Assembly: GCF_964194155.1 (NCBI RefSeq) | Contig: NC_135881.1 | Coordinates: forward strand, 35,278,001 to 35,342,000 | Reading direction: 5' to 3' | From: Cetorhinus maximus | Lineage: Eukaryota | Length of the DNA stretch: 64,000 bases | Part shown: one piece after another, positions 26,532 to 37,833 of the stretch | Layout: each line of letters begins with the position of its first letter | How positions within the stretch are numbered: position 1 is the stretch's first letter | Notes under the pieces: generated by a model | Database searches by the model: none | What the model saw: only the letters and a program-made list of their open reading frames with translations | Told to the model about the DNA's origin: nothing | Made by a program: the position numbers and the translations under genes

Positions 26532-26742
26532 CTTCACAAACAAAAACAGAAAATGCTGGGAAAACTCAGTGGGGCTAACAGCATCTTTGGAGAGAAAAAC
26601 AGAGTTAACATTTCGAGTCCATATACGGACTCGAAATGTTAACTCTGTTTTTCTCTCCACAGATGTTGTTGAACCTGCTGTGTTTTTCCAGCATTTTCTA
26701 TCTTTGTTTCCGATCTCCAGCATCCGCAGTATTTTGCTTTTG
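26532..26742. mobile_element. Miniature Penelope fold-back with its apex at hammerhead stem II
   Basis: 33-bp perfect inverted repeat 26588-26620 / 26627-26659; TSD-like TATTCATTTT at 26522 and 26743. Confidence 0.8.
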
Positions 26743-26749
26743 TATTCAT

Positions 26750-27175
26750 TTTTTCTATTCATTCATGGGCCCTGGGCATCGCTGGCTAAGCCAGCATTTA
26801 TTGATCATTCCTAATGGCCCTTGAATTGGTGGTGAGTTGCCTTCTTGAACAGCTGCAGTCCATGTGGTGTAGGAACACCCACAGTGCTGTTAGGGAGAGA
26901 GTGCAGGATTTTTACCCAGCTGTAGTAAAGGAATGGCAATATACTTCCAAGTGAGGATGGTATGTGTCTTGGAGGGGAACTTGCAGGTGGTGGTGTTCCC
27001 ATGCATCTGCTGCCCTTGTCCTTCTTAGTGGTAGAAGTCACATGTTTGGAAGGTGCTGTCAAAGGACCATTGATGAATTGCTGCAGTGCAACTTGTAAAT
27101 GGTACTCACTGCTGCCACTGTGTGTTAGTGGTGGAGGGAGTGAACGTTTAAGGTGGTGGATTGGGTGCCAAATGG
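26750..27175 (-). mobile_element. HER1-like LINE 3' end
   Basis: Homologous to 1-390 and to the reverse complement of 20160-20500. Confidence 0.8.
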
Positions 27176-30100
27176 GCGATTTTGTTCTTTTTCATTTATT
27201 TGCCCACGCTTTTCCAAATCTCAATTAATTCTGTCCCAGATTATTGTACCTAAAAGGTTCCCCACACCGATGTCAGGCTGACTGGTCTGTAATTGCCGAA
27301 TTTATCCCTCTTCCCTTTTTTAAACAGTGGTGTAAGATTTGCAATCCTCCAGCCCTCTGGCACTAACCCATATCTAAGAAGTATTGGAAGATTGTGACCA
27401 GGGCCTCTACAATTTCTGCCCTTCCTTCTCTCGATAGCCTAGGATGCATCCCATCCAGACCAGGCGACCTTTCTACTTTGAAAGAGTACACCACTACCGA
27501 TTACTGTGCTAAAAGGAAGGCCAGCAGGCAAGTGAAACAAAATCATGCAAGCAAGTGGTAACATTAATTCCAAGAACTGCATCTCACTCAGTCCCTCTCT
27601 CAGGATGATTGTTTGACACAGGGCCTTCTGGCTGCTCGTGTCCATCAGTAGCTTGAAGCCTCCACCCAGCTCAGGAGACAACGGGTTTGGCCTGACCTCC
27701 TCTGGACCTTTAGGTGGAAAGCTACCTCATGGCTCAGGGGGAGAAAGATGTGGGCAGTTATCTTCTCTCCGATGCAATACATCTGCTCCATAAATTATAT
27801 GCCCATTAGAGGAAAAATATGTCCAATGGACACCCAGAAGCATATTCAGGAACATGGGCAAAAAAATTAACATCTATTCAATTAAATGCCAAATGACAAA
27901 ATTACTACCCATTTGAGCACAATTATCATGCACATTGAGTTTGATGCACAGAGAAAATTGGACTCCTCCAGTTACTTTTGTTTTGGCTGTTGGGTGATTA
28001 ATAGTGCAGTGCACATTCAGCTGTGGAATTCAGTCTGCGTGTTGCTAAGAGACTCTTATCTCTCTGATTTCTATCCTCTGGAGACTGAGTATTGAGGAAA
28101 ACCCACACCATTGAGATTATTATCATATCTAAGAGCGATAGCTGTGATATCAAATCATACAGTATAGAAGGTGACATGAAACTAAAAGTGAAAATGAGCT
28201 ACTTTAATAGTCCATCTGCTACAATCTTTCCAGGTATATCACATAGATTCAGGGAAATTCAGCTGACTGGTTTAGGTGGAAGCATTACTGGAAAATGGAT
28301 ACAGTAATCATTAGTCTAATTATCCTCAACATCATCCATCCAGTCTGCTGAAAGGCAGTATATTAGTCCCTCTGAATGACTGCAAATTTAATCATTTCTC
28401 TCTTTCAGTAAACCAAAACCATCAAGGCAGATATAAAAGAAATAGCAGAAAGTGAACATTAAATGAGGTTGACATTCATTTAAGACGACTTTGGTGAGCT
28501 TATATTTTACCACAGAAATTATGGTGTCTAGATTGATAGAAATCAGATTAGGAAATCTGTGTAATGACTGGCAAATTAACTCACTATTTAATGCTACTTA
28601 TCATGGTCCTGATTCTCATCATGACCTTGGGAGACAAATTTGCACAGAGGAATGTAAAGCTGGCTGGAAATATTTCAGATTTTTGACAGATTTCAAATAG
28701 TATTGAATCAGCGTTCAGCTTTTGAGATTCATTGTCAGATAAAATATTTAAAGAGGCCATGTTCCTTTTCATTTAATTTTGTAGCAAAAATCTAAGCAGG
28801 TCGCAAATTGAAATTCTCTTCTCTAAACACGCAGGTGCTTCAGACCTCGTTAAAAAAAAATGCCTCGTAGGTTCATAAAATATGTTCAATGTTCTTTTAA
28901 CTACAGAACAATAAAAAAAAACTTTTGTCAAATTCAACTTTCCTGTGACCTTCTGACTTACAACAGGGGACACCCAGGTCTCAGGCTCAATCACTTATCA
29001 TTGGTCTCAGTCAGGGCATCAATAACGAATTGGCCTTCATAATTCGAGGCTAGCTGATGGGGGAAGAAAACAAGCAATATTTCCACTTTTTTAATGTTAT
29101 CCATGTTGGAATGGCTGTAAACCTGGCCGGTAACTGGATAGGCCGGTTCCCTTAGATCCTGAAGTGGTTAAGGGTGGGGAGGCAGTGGGGGGGGCAGAGT
29201 TTCCACTTAGATTGGTGGGTAGATATTTGTCAGCGTTGCTGGAAGGTTGGAGTTCCCTTACTATAACCCTCGGTCATGACCACGTGTCAAAGGTGTGCCT
29301 TGATCTCACCAAGTATACCTGCATGATTCCCTTGTAATGTGGGGCCTGCCTGAAGATCTAGGCCAGAATTGACTTAGATCCCCGAAGAGCAGAGTCCCAT
29401 TTTTTTTTGGACAGTCTCGTGCAAAAGGCCTGGCTCTAAATTTTAAGCTGTGTTGCCTATTCTTGGGCTCCCTAACCATTCTCTCTCTGCCTCTACCCTG
29501 TCAGTAATCCATAATATTTTGAAATTGTTGATCAAATCACTCAAATCCAAAGGCCTTCTTCTGCTGTATCTGCACACTGACCCAGCAAGCTGTACCAGGG
29601 TTGATGGATTCCAGGTGCCCTTGCTACTCCCCAAACAACAGCAGCTGCCACCACTGTAGAGATTTTTGGGGCCAGAAACAAGGTTTGGAATATGACACCT
29701 GGATGAATTCTGTGTCCTGACCCCACATCTGACTGGCATCGTTCTCGTGATGCTATTTTTAAAAGTAAATGGGCTGATTGGCCATGAGGTGAACTCTGCG
29801 TTCAATAAGAGGTGCCAAGAAACTCCAGGAGGCAGGAGCTGCCTGCCTGACACCAGTAGCAAAGGTATGTGGCAGCCATGTTGGGGACTGACTTGTTGAG
29901 GAAAGCAGCAGCTCAAAGGGCCAGGAGCATAAAGACAACACAAAGTGGATGCTAAATCAAGGCACAGCACTTGACCCAGTGCTAGTTAGCCCCTCAAATT
30001 TCATAAAAAATATGGAAATTGCTTTATTTTTCACCCCATTATAACGTGCAGATGGTTCGACTTCATCTGAAAAAAAAGCTCGAAAATCTCATTTTGCTCC

Positions 30101-32190
30101 AGCAACGAGCCTTAACAAGCTCTTTAAGGAGCTTAACAGGCCATTAACTGGTGGTGAGTGGGTTTCCCATTCCCTCCCCACTGCAAAAAACTTTGAAAAT
30201 TACAAACTCTCCCGGAGGTTGCAGGACCTAGTGCCATCCTCTCCCGAAACCTAATGTTCAATTTTACCCGCATTCGCCAACACCTCCTCCCTGCAATTGC
30301 AAATCCAAGCCAATGTGTCTATGTGTGCTGGCCCAACATGAATCCATGTCCTCAGAGGTGGGAGAGAAATGAACTCAGATTGTAGAAGAATTAGTATCAC
30401 ATGGCATGTATATGTCCCAGCTTTCTATTCAGGCTTCAATGCATTAGCCTATATTAATGATTTATATTAAAGTAATATAACTACTTAACATGCTCAATCT
30501 TGAGATTTCCTTCATTTTTATTTAGAGCACTGTAATGTCCAAGAGATTGAAAATCATAACTGACAATTCCACTGCAAGTCCAACAGCTTTATTAGCAAAA
30601 AATTAAACTTAAAAAAACAGTTCGGAGTGATTTAGAACATGCAGCTACCCCCCTAGTTCAGACTAGGTTGACTGCAGGTCAATTGGATATAATCTGAGGA
30701 CTGACCCTGCTTTCAGTAGAACCTGTGGATGGTTACGCTCCAATGATCCCGTATCGATGAAGGTCTTTGACCATTCTTTATATTTTGGCTACGCAGCCAC
30801 TGCCTCATGCCCGATCATTCTGAGCCCCTTGATTGGTCTCCGGGGTGTGTGATCAGTCTTTGATTGACCCATGTCCCAGTGGACTTAGTCCATATATAGT
30901 TTATTTTTTCACGTGATCCTCCTACAGGTAATTGATTAGCCACAGGATATCTGGCCTTCCTGTTGTTGCTTCAAGTCCTTACTTGTTTTCGCAAATGGTT
31001 GTGCGACTGCCCATGAGTCACGAGGCATCCGCATGTATCAAAGGTACACAACCACAGCAAGCTCCATCAATAAATGGTTCACGGTCAAATTGAATCTGGA
31101 GCATTCTTTTTAGCAAACTTACACAGAAGCTCTTAAGCATATTCCTACTGCACTTAACTGAACAACCCAGAATGACCTCACTTTTGTGCGTGTGTGTACA
31201 TCTGCTTGTCTGCAATTGTGCAACAAAGCAATCATTACCTATGCCGAAATATTAAATCGTTACAATTTTGCCATTGTCTTTTTAACAACCGTATCAATCA
31301 CCCTGCAGATGACCTTGTGTAGTCTGCATGTCATGGCACGCTAGGAGCATCCTGCCCCTCCAATTAAAGTTTGCCTACACCACAGAGTGATTGTACTATG
31401 ACATAGCTACACTGGCCTCACAATTGATGGACTCTTTGTAGGGTTGCTCTGCATGCATCTAGAAGCAGTACTTAAGCATCTGAGAGGGCTGTTTTAATGA
31501 ACAAATGTAATTAATAAAAGATATAGCCTCCCTTTATTGGGTTAAAAGGTGGAATATTGTTGGGGATATCTGAGAGGAAGGGAAAGAGAAAGGGAATGAT
31601 AGAATGTTGGTTTTTGTTTTTGTTTTAAATTTCTGGGCTTGATGGGAAGACACCTGGAAAGGTGGGAAAGATGTTTATTTTTAACAATGATTTCATGTTG
31701 GTTTTGCGGTACAGCACAGTCATAAAAGCAAGATATTTCAACATAAGCAGGATATGTATTTTTAAAAACAGCAGATATTAATGAGTTGGTTACCCAATTC
31801 CCAGGCTTGTGGCCCAGGCATTTAATTGGGCACCTTTAGAACAGCAGAAGGTGCAACAAAAGTTTGATGGGATGAAAACGCAGCCTGCAATGTTAGCATA
31901 TCAACACGATGTTCCTCAATTTCCTGAAAGTTATGTTAATATGCTGATTTTTAACGCAAAAGATAAAGGAAATGCTCATACAAATTATGTCAGTTCCTAC
32001 TCCAAGCACAAGTTTCCCCAATCTATTGTGCCGATTCAATGAAACCTCCACAGAAACCCTCTACCTCTCTCTCACATAGCCCCACCCCTTATGCAGCAGA
32101 GCAGAGAAAACAGGTTTTTTGCATTATAAACAAAAACAAAAGTACCTGGAAAAACTCAGCAGGTCTGGCAGCATCTGCAGAGAGGAACAC

Positions 32191-32229
32191 AGTTAACGTT
32201 TTGAGTCCGAATGACCCTTCAACAGAACT
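32191..32229 (-). ncRNA. Hammerhead-like motif, G12 mutated
   Basis: AGTT-CTGTTGA-A-GGGTC-ATTCG-GACTC-AAAA-CGTT-AACT. Confidence 0.55.
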
Positions 32230-32592
32230 AAGTAAAAATAGAAGAGAGGTGAAATATAAGCTGGTTTAAGGGGGGGTGGGACAAGTAGAGCCAGTGATAG
32301 GTGGAGATAACCAAAAGATGTCACAGACATAAGGACAAAGAGGTGTTGGAGATGGTGATATTATCTAAGGAATGTGCTAATTAAGGGTAGAAAGCAGGAC
32401 AAGCAAGGTACAGATAGCCCTAGTGGGGGTGGGGTGGGGGGAAGGAATCAAAAAAGGCTAAAAGGTAGAGATAAAACAATGGATGGAAATACATTTAAAA
32501 ATAATGGAAATAGGTGGGAAAAGAAAAATCTATATAAATTATTGGACAAAAAAGGGGGGGTTCGGAAAAGGGGTGGGGATGGAGGAGAGAGT

Positions 32593-32922
32593 TCATGATC
32601 TAAAGTTGTTGAACTCAATATTCAGTCTGGAAGGCTGTAAAGTGCCTTGTCGGTAGATGAGGTGCTGTTCCTCCAGTTTGCGTTGAGCTTCATTGGAACA
32701 ATGCAGCAGGCCAAGGATGGACATGTGGGCATGAGAGCAGGGTGGAGTGTTGAAATGGCAAGCGACAGGGAGGTCTGGGTAATGCTTGCGGACAGACCGA
32801 AGGTGTTCTGCAAAGCGGTCACCCAGTCTGCATTTGGTCTCTCCAATGTAGAGGAAACCGCATTGGGAGCAACGAATGCAGTAGACTAAATTGAGGGAAG
32901 TGCAAGTGAAATGCTGCTTCAC
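32593..32922 (-). pseudogene. Penelope GIY-YIG endonuclease fragment
   Basis: NLVYCIRCSQCGFLYIGETKCRLGDRFAEH...HFN...H...RKLEEQHLI...LNIE. Confidence 0.9.
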
Positions 32923-32989
32923 TTTAAAGGAGTGTTTGGACCCTTGGACGGTTTAACTGGCTCTACTTGTCCCACCCCCCCTTAAACCA

Positions 32990-34015
32990 GCTATGCCTGT
33001 ATCTTTATGGGGTATGTGAACATTCCTTGTTCCAGTCCTACTCCGGCCCCCTCCCACAACTCTTTCAACAGTACATTGATGATTACTTCGGTGCTGCTTC
33101 ATGCTCTCGTCTGGACCGTGAAAAATTTATTAATTTTGCTTCCAATTTCCACCCCTCCATCATTTTCACATGGTCCATCTCTCACACTTCCCTTCCCTTC
33201 CTTGACCTCTCTGTCTCAATTTCAGGTGATAGACTGTCCACCAATATCCATTACAAGCCTACCAACTCCCACAGCTACCTCGACTACAGCTCCTCACACC
33301 CCACTTCCTGTAATGACTCCATCCCATTCTCTCAGCTCCTTCGCCTCCGTCGCATCTGTTCTGATGATGCCACTTTCAAAAACAGTTCCTCTGACATGTC
33401 TTCCTTCTTCCTTAACCGAGGTTTTCCACCCACGGTGGTTGACAGGGCCCTCAACCGCGTCCGGCCCATCTCCCGCACATCCACCCTCACACCTTCCTCT
33501 CCCTCCCAGAAACAGGATAGGGTCCCCCTTGTCCTCACTTATCACCCCACCAGCCTCCACATTCAAAGGATCATCCTCCGCCATTTCCGCCAACTCCAGC
33601 ATGATGCCACCACCAAACACATCTTCCCTTCACCCCCCCGGCGGCATTCCGCAGGAATCGTTCCCTCCGGGACACCCTGGTCCACTCCTCCATCACCCCC
33701 TACACCTCAACCCCCTCCCACGGCACCTTCCCATGCAACCGCAGAAAGTGCAACACCTGCCTCTTTACTTCCGCTCTCCTCACCGTCCAAGGGCCCAAAC
33801 ACTCCTTTAAAGTGAAGCAGCATTTCACTTGCACTACCCTCAATTTAGTCTACTGCATTCGTTGCTCCCAATGCGGTTTCCTCTACATTGGAGAGACCAA
33901 ACGCAGACTGGGTGACCGCTTTGCAGAACACCTTCGGTCTGTCCGCAAGCATTACCCAGACCTCCCTGTTGCTTGCCATTTCAACACTCCACCCTGCTCT
34001 CAATCCCACATGCCC
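32990..34015 (+). pseudogene. Penelope RT C-terminus, Cys linker and GIY-YIG, frameshifted
   Basis: QYIDDYF, LPFLDLSV, HYKPTNSHSYLDYSSSHP, SIPFSQLLRLRRICS; CNRRKCNTC linker in a shifted frame; VYCIRC..C...YIGET. Confidence 0.9.
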
Positions 34016-34210
34016 ATTAGGGCTATCTGTACCTTGCTTGTCCTGCTTTCTACCCTTAATTAGCACATTCCTTAGATAATATCACCACCTTCAACACCTC
34101 TTTGACCTTTTGTCTGTGACATCTTTTGGTTATCTCCACATATCACTAGCTCTACTTGTCCCACCCCTTCTTAAACCAGTTTATATTTCACCTCTCTTCT
34201 ATTTTTACTT

Positions 34211-34249
34211 AGTTCTGTTGAAGGGTCATTCAGACTCGAAACGTTAACT
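34211..34249 (+). ncRNA. Hammerhead-like motif
   Basis: AGTT-CTGTTGA-A-GGGTC-ATTCA-GACTC-GAAA-CGTT-AACT. Confidence 0.7.
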
Positions 34250-34719
34250 GTGTTCCTCTCCGCAGATGCTGCCAGACCTGCTGAGTTTTTCCATGTATTT
34301 TTGTTTTTGTTTTGGATTTCCAGCATCCACAGTTTTTTGCTTTTATTTCGGCATTATACCAGCTCTGAAACAGTTCTGCAAATTAATACCCAGTATTATG
34401 GGCACAGTAGAACTCAAAGTCGTATTCCTGATGCTTCATGGGCAGAGGAGTGGTGGTTATTATATTTTTTTTTATTTCTCTTCAGGGCGAGCTACACTAT
34501 TTTTCTGTAATGTTGAATGCATTTTTATAGAAGTAAAATGAGTTACATTAAAAATGGAAAAACTATTTTTTTATAAGATGCTGCGCCTCAAATACATAAA
34601 TAATGGTTTGATGGCTTCAAACTTTAACTGTCATACGTAAAGGGAGACTTAAAGGGGGTATATGGGACAGGCTGCACAGTTTTATCAGGCCCTGATTGGG
34701 TGTACTTTTTCTGCTTGTT

Positions 34720-35345
34720 CACCCTGTGTTTTAATTTTAGGGTATGCTAATGAGGGAATTGGGGAAAGGTGCTGTTCTGGTCTTTCACAAAAGAAGGAGG
34801 GGTCGGAGAGAGGGAGCAAGAGACAGGTAGGTGATTGTTTGAGGAGTTAAGGTTTTAAACTAGAGCAGTTAAAACTAGGGAAAGTACTACATTAAATTTA
34901 TAACCTAGCTAGTTAAACTAATTAATATAACTATGAAGAATCATTGAATAAAGACTTAAATTAATTAATGAAATAAAATGAGGCTCGTCTAACATATGGT
35001 AGAGCAGGTTGTGCCTGGACTGCTGAATGAGAGAGTTTGTGGACAGCGAGACTGTTTGGAGCAAACACATCTGCAGGAGATGTCACCATCTCGAATCTCT
35101 CTGGCTCAGGGTCATTTAGTTGGAGTGCAAGTTGGACAGGTTCCAACACAAGTGAGGAAGAGGAGCTCTGGACGGTCTTATCCGGGATGCAGTCACATAC
35201 AGAGGAAAAACACAATCAGGAAAGGGAGGGTGTGGGTAATAGGGAGCTGGGAAGCGGGGATTTAGGAGAGATTGAGAAGGAGGTCCCACAGACACTGGTC
35301 CTGTCCAACAAGTATGATGTACTCACTACCTATGAACAGGGCCAG
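34720..35345 (+). mobile_element. CR1 5' UTR/ORF1 remnant
   Basis: CLDC*MREF...HICRRC zinc finger with Leu-rich stretch; PQTLVLSNKYDVL (cf. LSNRY motif of CR1 ORF1). Confidence 0.65.
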
Positions 35346-36487
35346 GGAGAGAAATCATGGGTCTGATACTTCTAGTGTTTCCAGTCCCTTTATCTCCACC
35401 TTTCCCCCTACTCCCAACCCTTTTAATTCTTCTCCTCAAATCCTTTGGACGCCCGATTTGGAAACCATAGTCACATTGGGCTCGAACTGTTTCATATAGC
35501 TTTAGAAAAATGTATTGGGATTTTCTACTCTGTGCATCTATTTATAAAGCCCATTGAAAGTTATGGTTTCAGTATGACACTTGGGGCTGGGATTAGATCG
35601 GTGTTAGGTTAGGGTTAGTCTTAAAAAACATTATTGACAACATTGTTATGGTTGGGTTTAGTGTTAGGATTGAAGCTACTATTGACATATGATTGTCACT
35701 GGGCACTTCTTTTTATTCCCTCACAGACCAGTCAGAAAGCAACCTCGTGAATTGCTGATTCAAGGAACATCTTCTCCCAATCTAGAGTTCCTCACTGCTT
35801 CCAAATATTTACACTTTTTACACATTAAAAAAAAACAGTGGGGGCATTAGGCTTGGGCATTTTGGTGAGAAGTCCAGGTGGATTCAGATGTTCACTGGGT
35901 ACATTCAATTATCCGGATTCCTATAAAAACTCTTCTGACAATAACATGTCACCAGGTGCCACCAGTCACTCTCTGCTTCCACATGTCAGACTCTCCCCCT
36001 CATTTACTTCTCCATTTTTAAGTTCAGCAGATCAATGCAATCAGTTTGCATTTTATTTTATATGCTTTGCAAATATTATTTCATTTAATAATTTAAGCAT
36101 AGCTACACTAATCCAAATATATCGCAGTTAACCCGCCTCACTAACAAAAAGGGAGGATGGTGATTGTCGTGGTCTCTTAAAGTCTGCTTCCACCATATAT
36201 GTTGAGGATCTCAATGTAGACCTCATGGGACCTGTCTCTATGCTAAGCAAGTTATTGAGATTGACGAGGGTTCTGGATAAACACAATTACATGAAGGGTG
36301 GAATCATCCAAGATTTGCATGGGTTTTCATGCTGTATCGTCCCAAACCTGCTGCATTACTTATGCATTCCAGTGAAACACACCATTTCCATGGCAGGTGG
36401 ACTCTCATTCATCACACCGGGCACCATATTTAAAGTTCAGCCCCACGCACATCTCAGTGCTTCCAGCCCACGACTGTCACAGGGAAG

Positions 36488-36715
36488 GTGTCCACGAAAG
36501 GCAAAAACACTGTAGCCCTCAGGTTTAATGGCGTGTCACTGGAATGCCATTCGGGCACCGTGGAGGCCCGTCATGATGTCCTCTACTCCCACTCCAATCC
36601 AGCGAGGCAGGTGGTGGTAGCAGTGGTCAGTGCCAATGCCCTGCAAAAGGGGGCAGCCACCCAGTGCCGAAAAAGTATGAATGGTCTCATCAATTCCACC
36701 AGGGCAACTCACTCT
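36488..36715 (+). pseudogene. Harbinger Myb/SANT-like DNA-binding ORF remnant
   Basis: ALRFNGVSLE...VEARHDVLY...VVSANALQKGAATQCRKSMNGL (cf. APRF...RT..QCRK..NDL). Confidence 0.7.
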
Positions 36716-37168
36716 TTTCACCACTCAAGTCTCACACTCCCAAGTGTACCAACACAAGTGTTATAGGGCCGAAGACAATTTTATGCCAAGTTTCTCCTCT
36801 CCCAACAGATACTGATTAAACCTCGAATCACCTCTTAAAAAATTCCATGACAACGAGATGGGTGTGACATATAAATTCTGAGCTAAAATTCCTTCAGATT
36901 TTGCATCAAATCATGGCGTGTATTTACCCCAACGCTGCACAATGTCTCAACATTGTGAAAGATGCTCTTTAAATGGAAATTCTTTTCATTTCTTATTTTA
37001 ATATAAATTATTTGAGTGTATCAACCAGTTCTGTGGGGAAATTAGCGTTGGGTTGGCAAATGGAGCATGTTGCTGTGAAACACTTTCTTGGGTGCGGAAG
37101 GGAAGGGAGGGAAGACATGCCAAACCTGGTTCACCCAGCTTGAACGCAGCCCCTTTTAGCTGCTTCCA

Positions 37169-37833
37169 GGCCTGAATTTTACCCTTGGCGGGCGCGTGTG
37201 GGACCGGTCAAGAAACGAAACGGACCGCCAACCACGATTGGTTCCCCCCCGACCCCCGGCCACGATTTCACGCTGGCTGGCCAATTAGCACGAAACATGC
37301 GCTGAAAAGCTCAGTGCTGCCAGGCTGGGAGTGGGAAGAGAGCAGGCGACTTCACCGCAGGCACGGATGAGTGCTGCAAGAGAGCTCCCTGAGAGTGGAC
37401 AACTGCCTCAGGGAGCTGCGGGGCTTCAAACGATCAAAAAGCTGCAAAAAAAATGTCCGTGCATCACAATCAAGCACCTGAAAATATACCTCAAAAACGC
37501 CATATTTATTTTTATTTTAGTTCGTAACGGAGATTTCATCCCGCCCTTGGATGAGGTTTGATGAAATACATAAAGGCCGCCTGGCCGCTTCGCTCGTCTG
37601 CCAACTCTAAGGTTGGACGGGCAACAAAAGATCAAAGACAATTGCACTGTTAATGGGCGTAATTGCCCCCTTAATTGTCGGCGGGCGCGCTTCCAATTTT
37701 TGCGCGCACCCGACGAGCGAAACATCACGCGAGTGGGTGATGACGTCGGGACACTCGCCCAACATCACCTCGTGCGATTTTACGCCCGATCGGGTCGGGC
37801 ATGCACCCGCCCACGGGACACAAAATCCTGCCC
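37169..37833. mobile_element. Harbinger-type MITE, family A
   Basis: TIRs GGCCTGAATTTT / AAAATCCTGCCC; same internal hairpins as 23681-24344; TSD unclear. Confidence 0.8.

Larger units (their letters stand above)
25250..27480 (-). mobile_element. CR1 LINE with three nested insertions
   Basis: ORF 25697-26011 (RLQEDIDRLVKWADTWQ); GKSCL/LLE and DPGNYRPVSL-like sequence at 26400-26520 and 27180-27300. Confidence 0.8.
32129..34350. mobile_element. Neptune-type Penelope-like retroelement, inverted (fold-back) insertion
   Basis: 8-bp TSD GCATTATA (32121-32128, 34351-34358); pLTR ends inverted; two opposed GIY-YIG segments; RT segment on +. Confidence 0.92.

Noticed and set aside
30752-30780. GATGAAGGTCTTTGACC as a hammerhead
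   Set aside because: Lacks the CUG start and the GAAA strand
33007-33810. 267-aa Pro/Ser-rich ORF
   Set aside because: Alternative frame of C-rich Penelope RT sequence; the same happens at 55404-56114
35585-35670. TTAGGG-like interstitial telomeric sequence
   Set aside because: Only one or two degenerate units; no array
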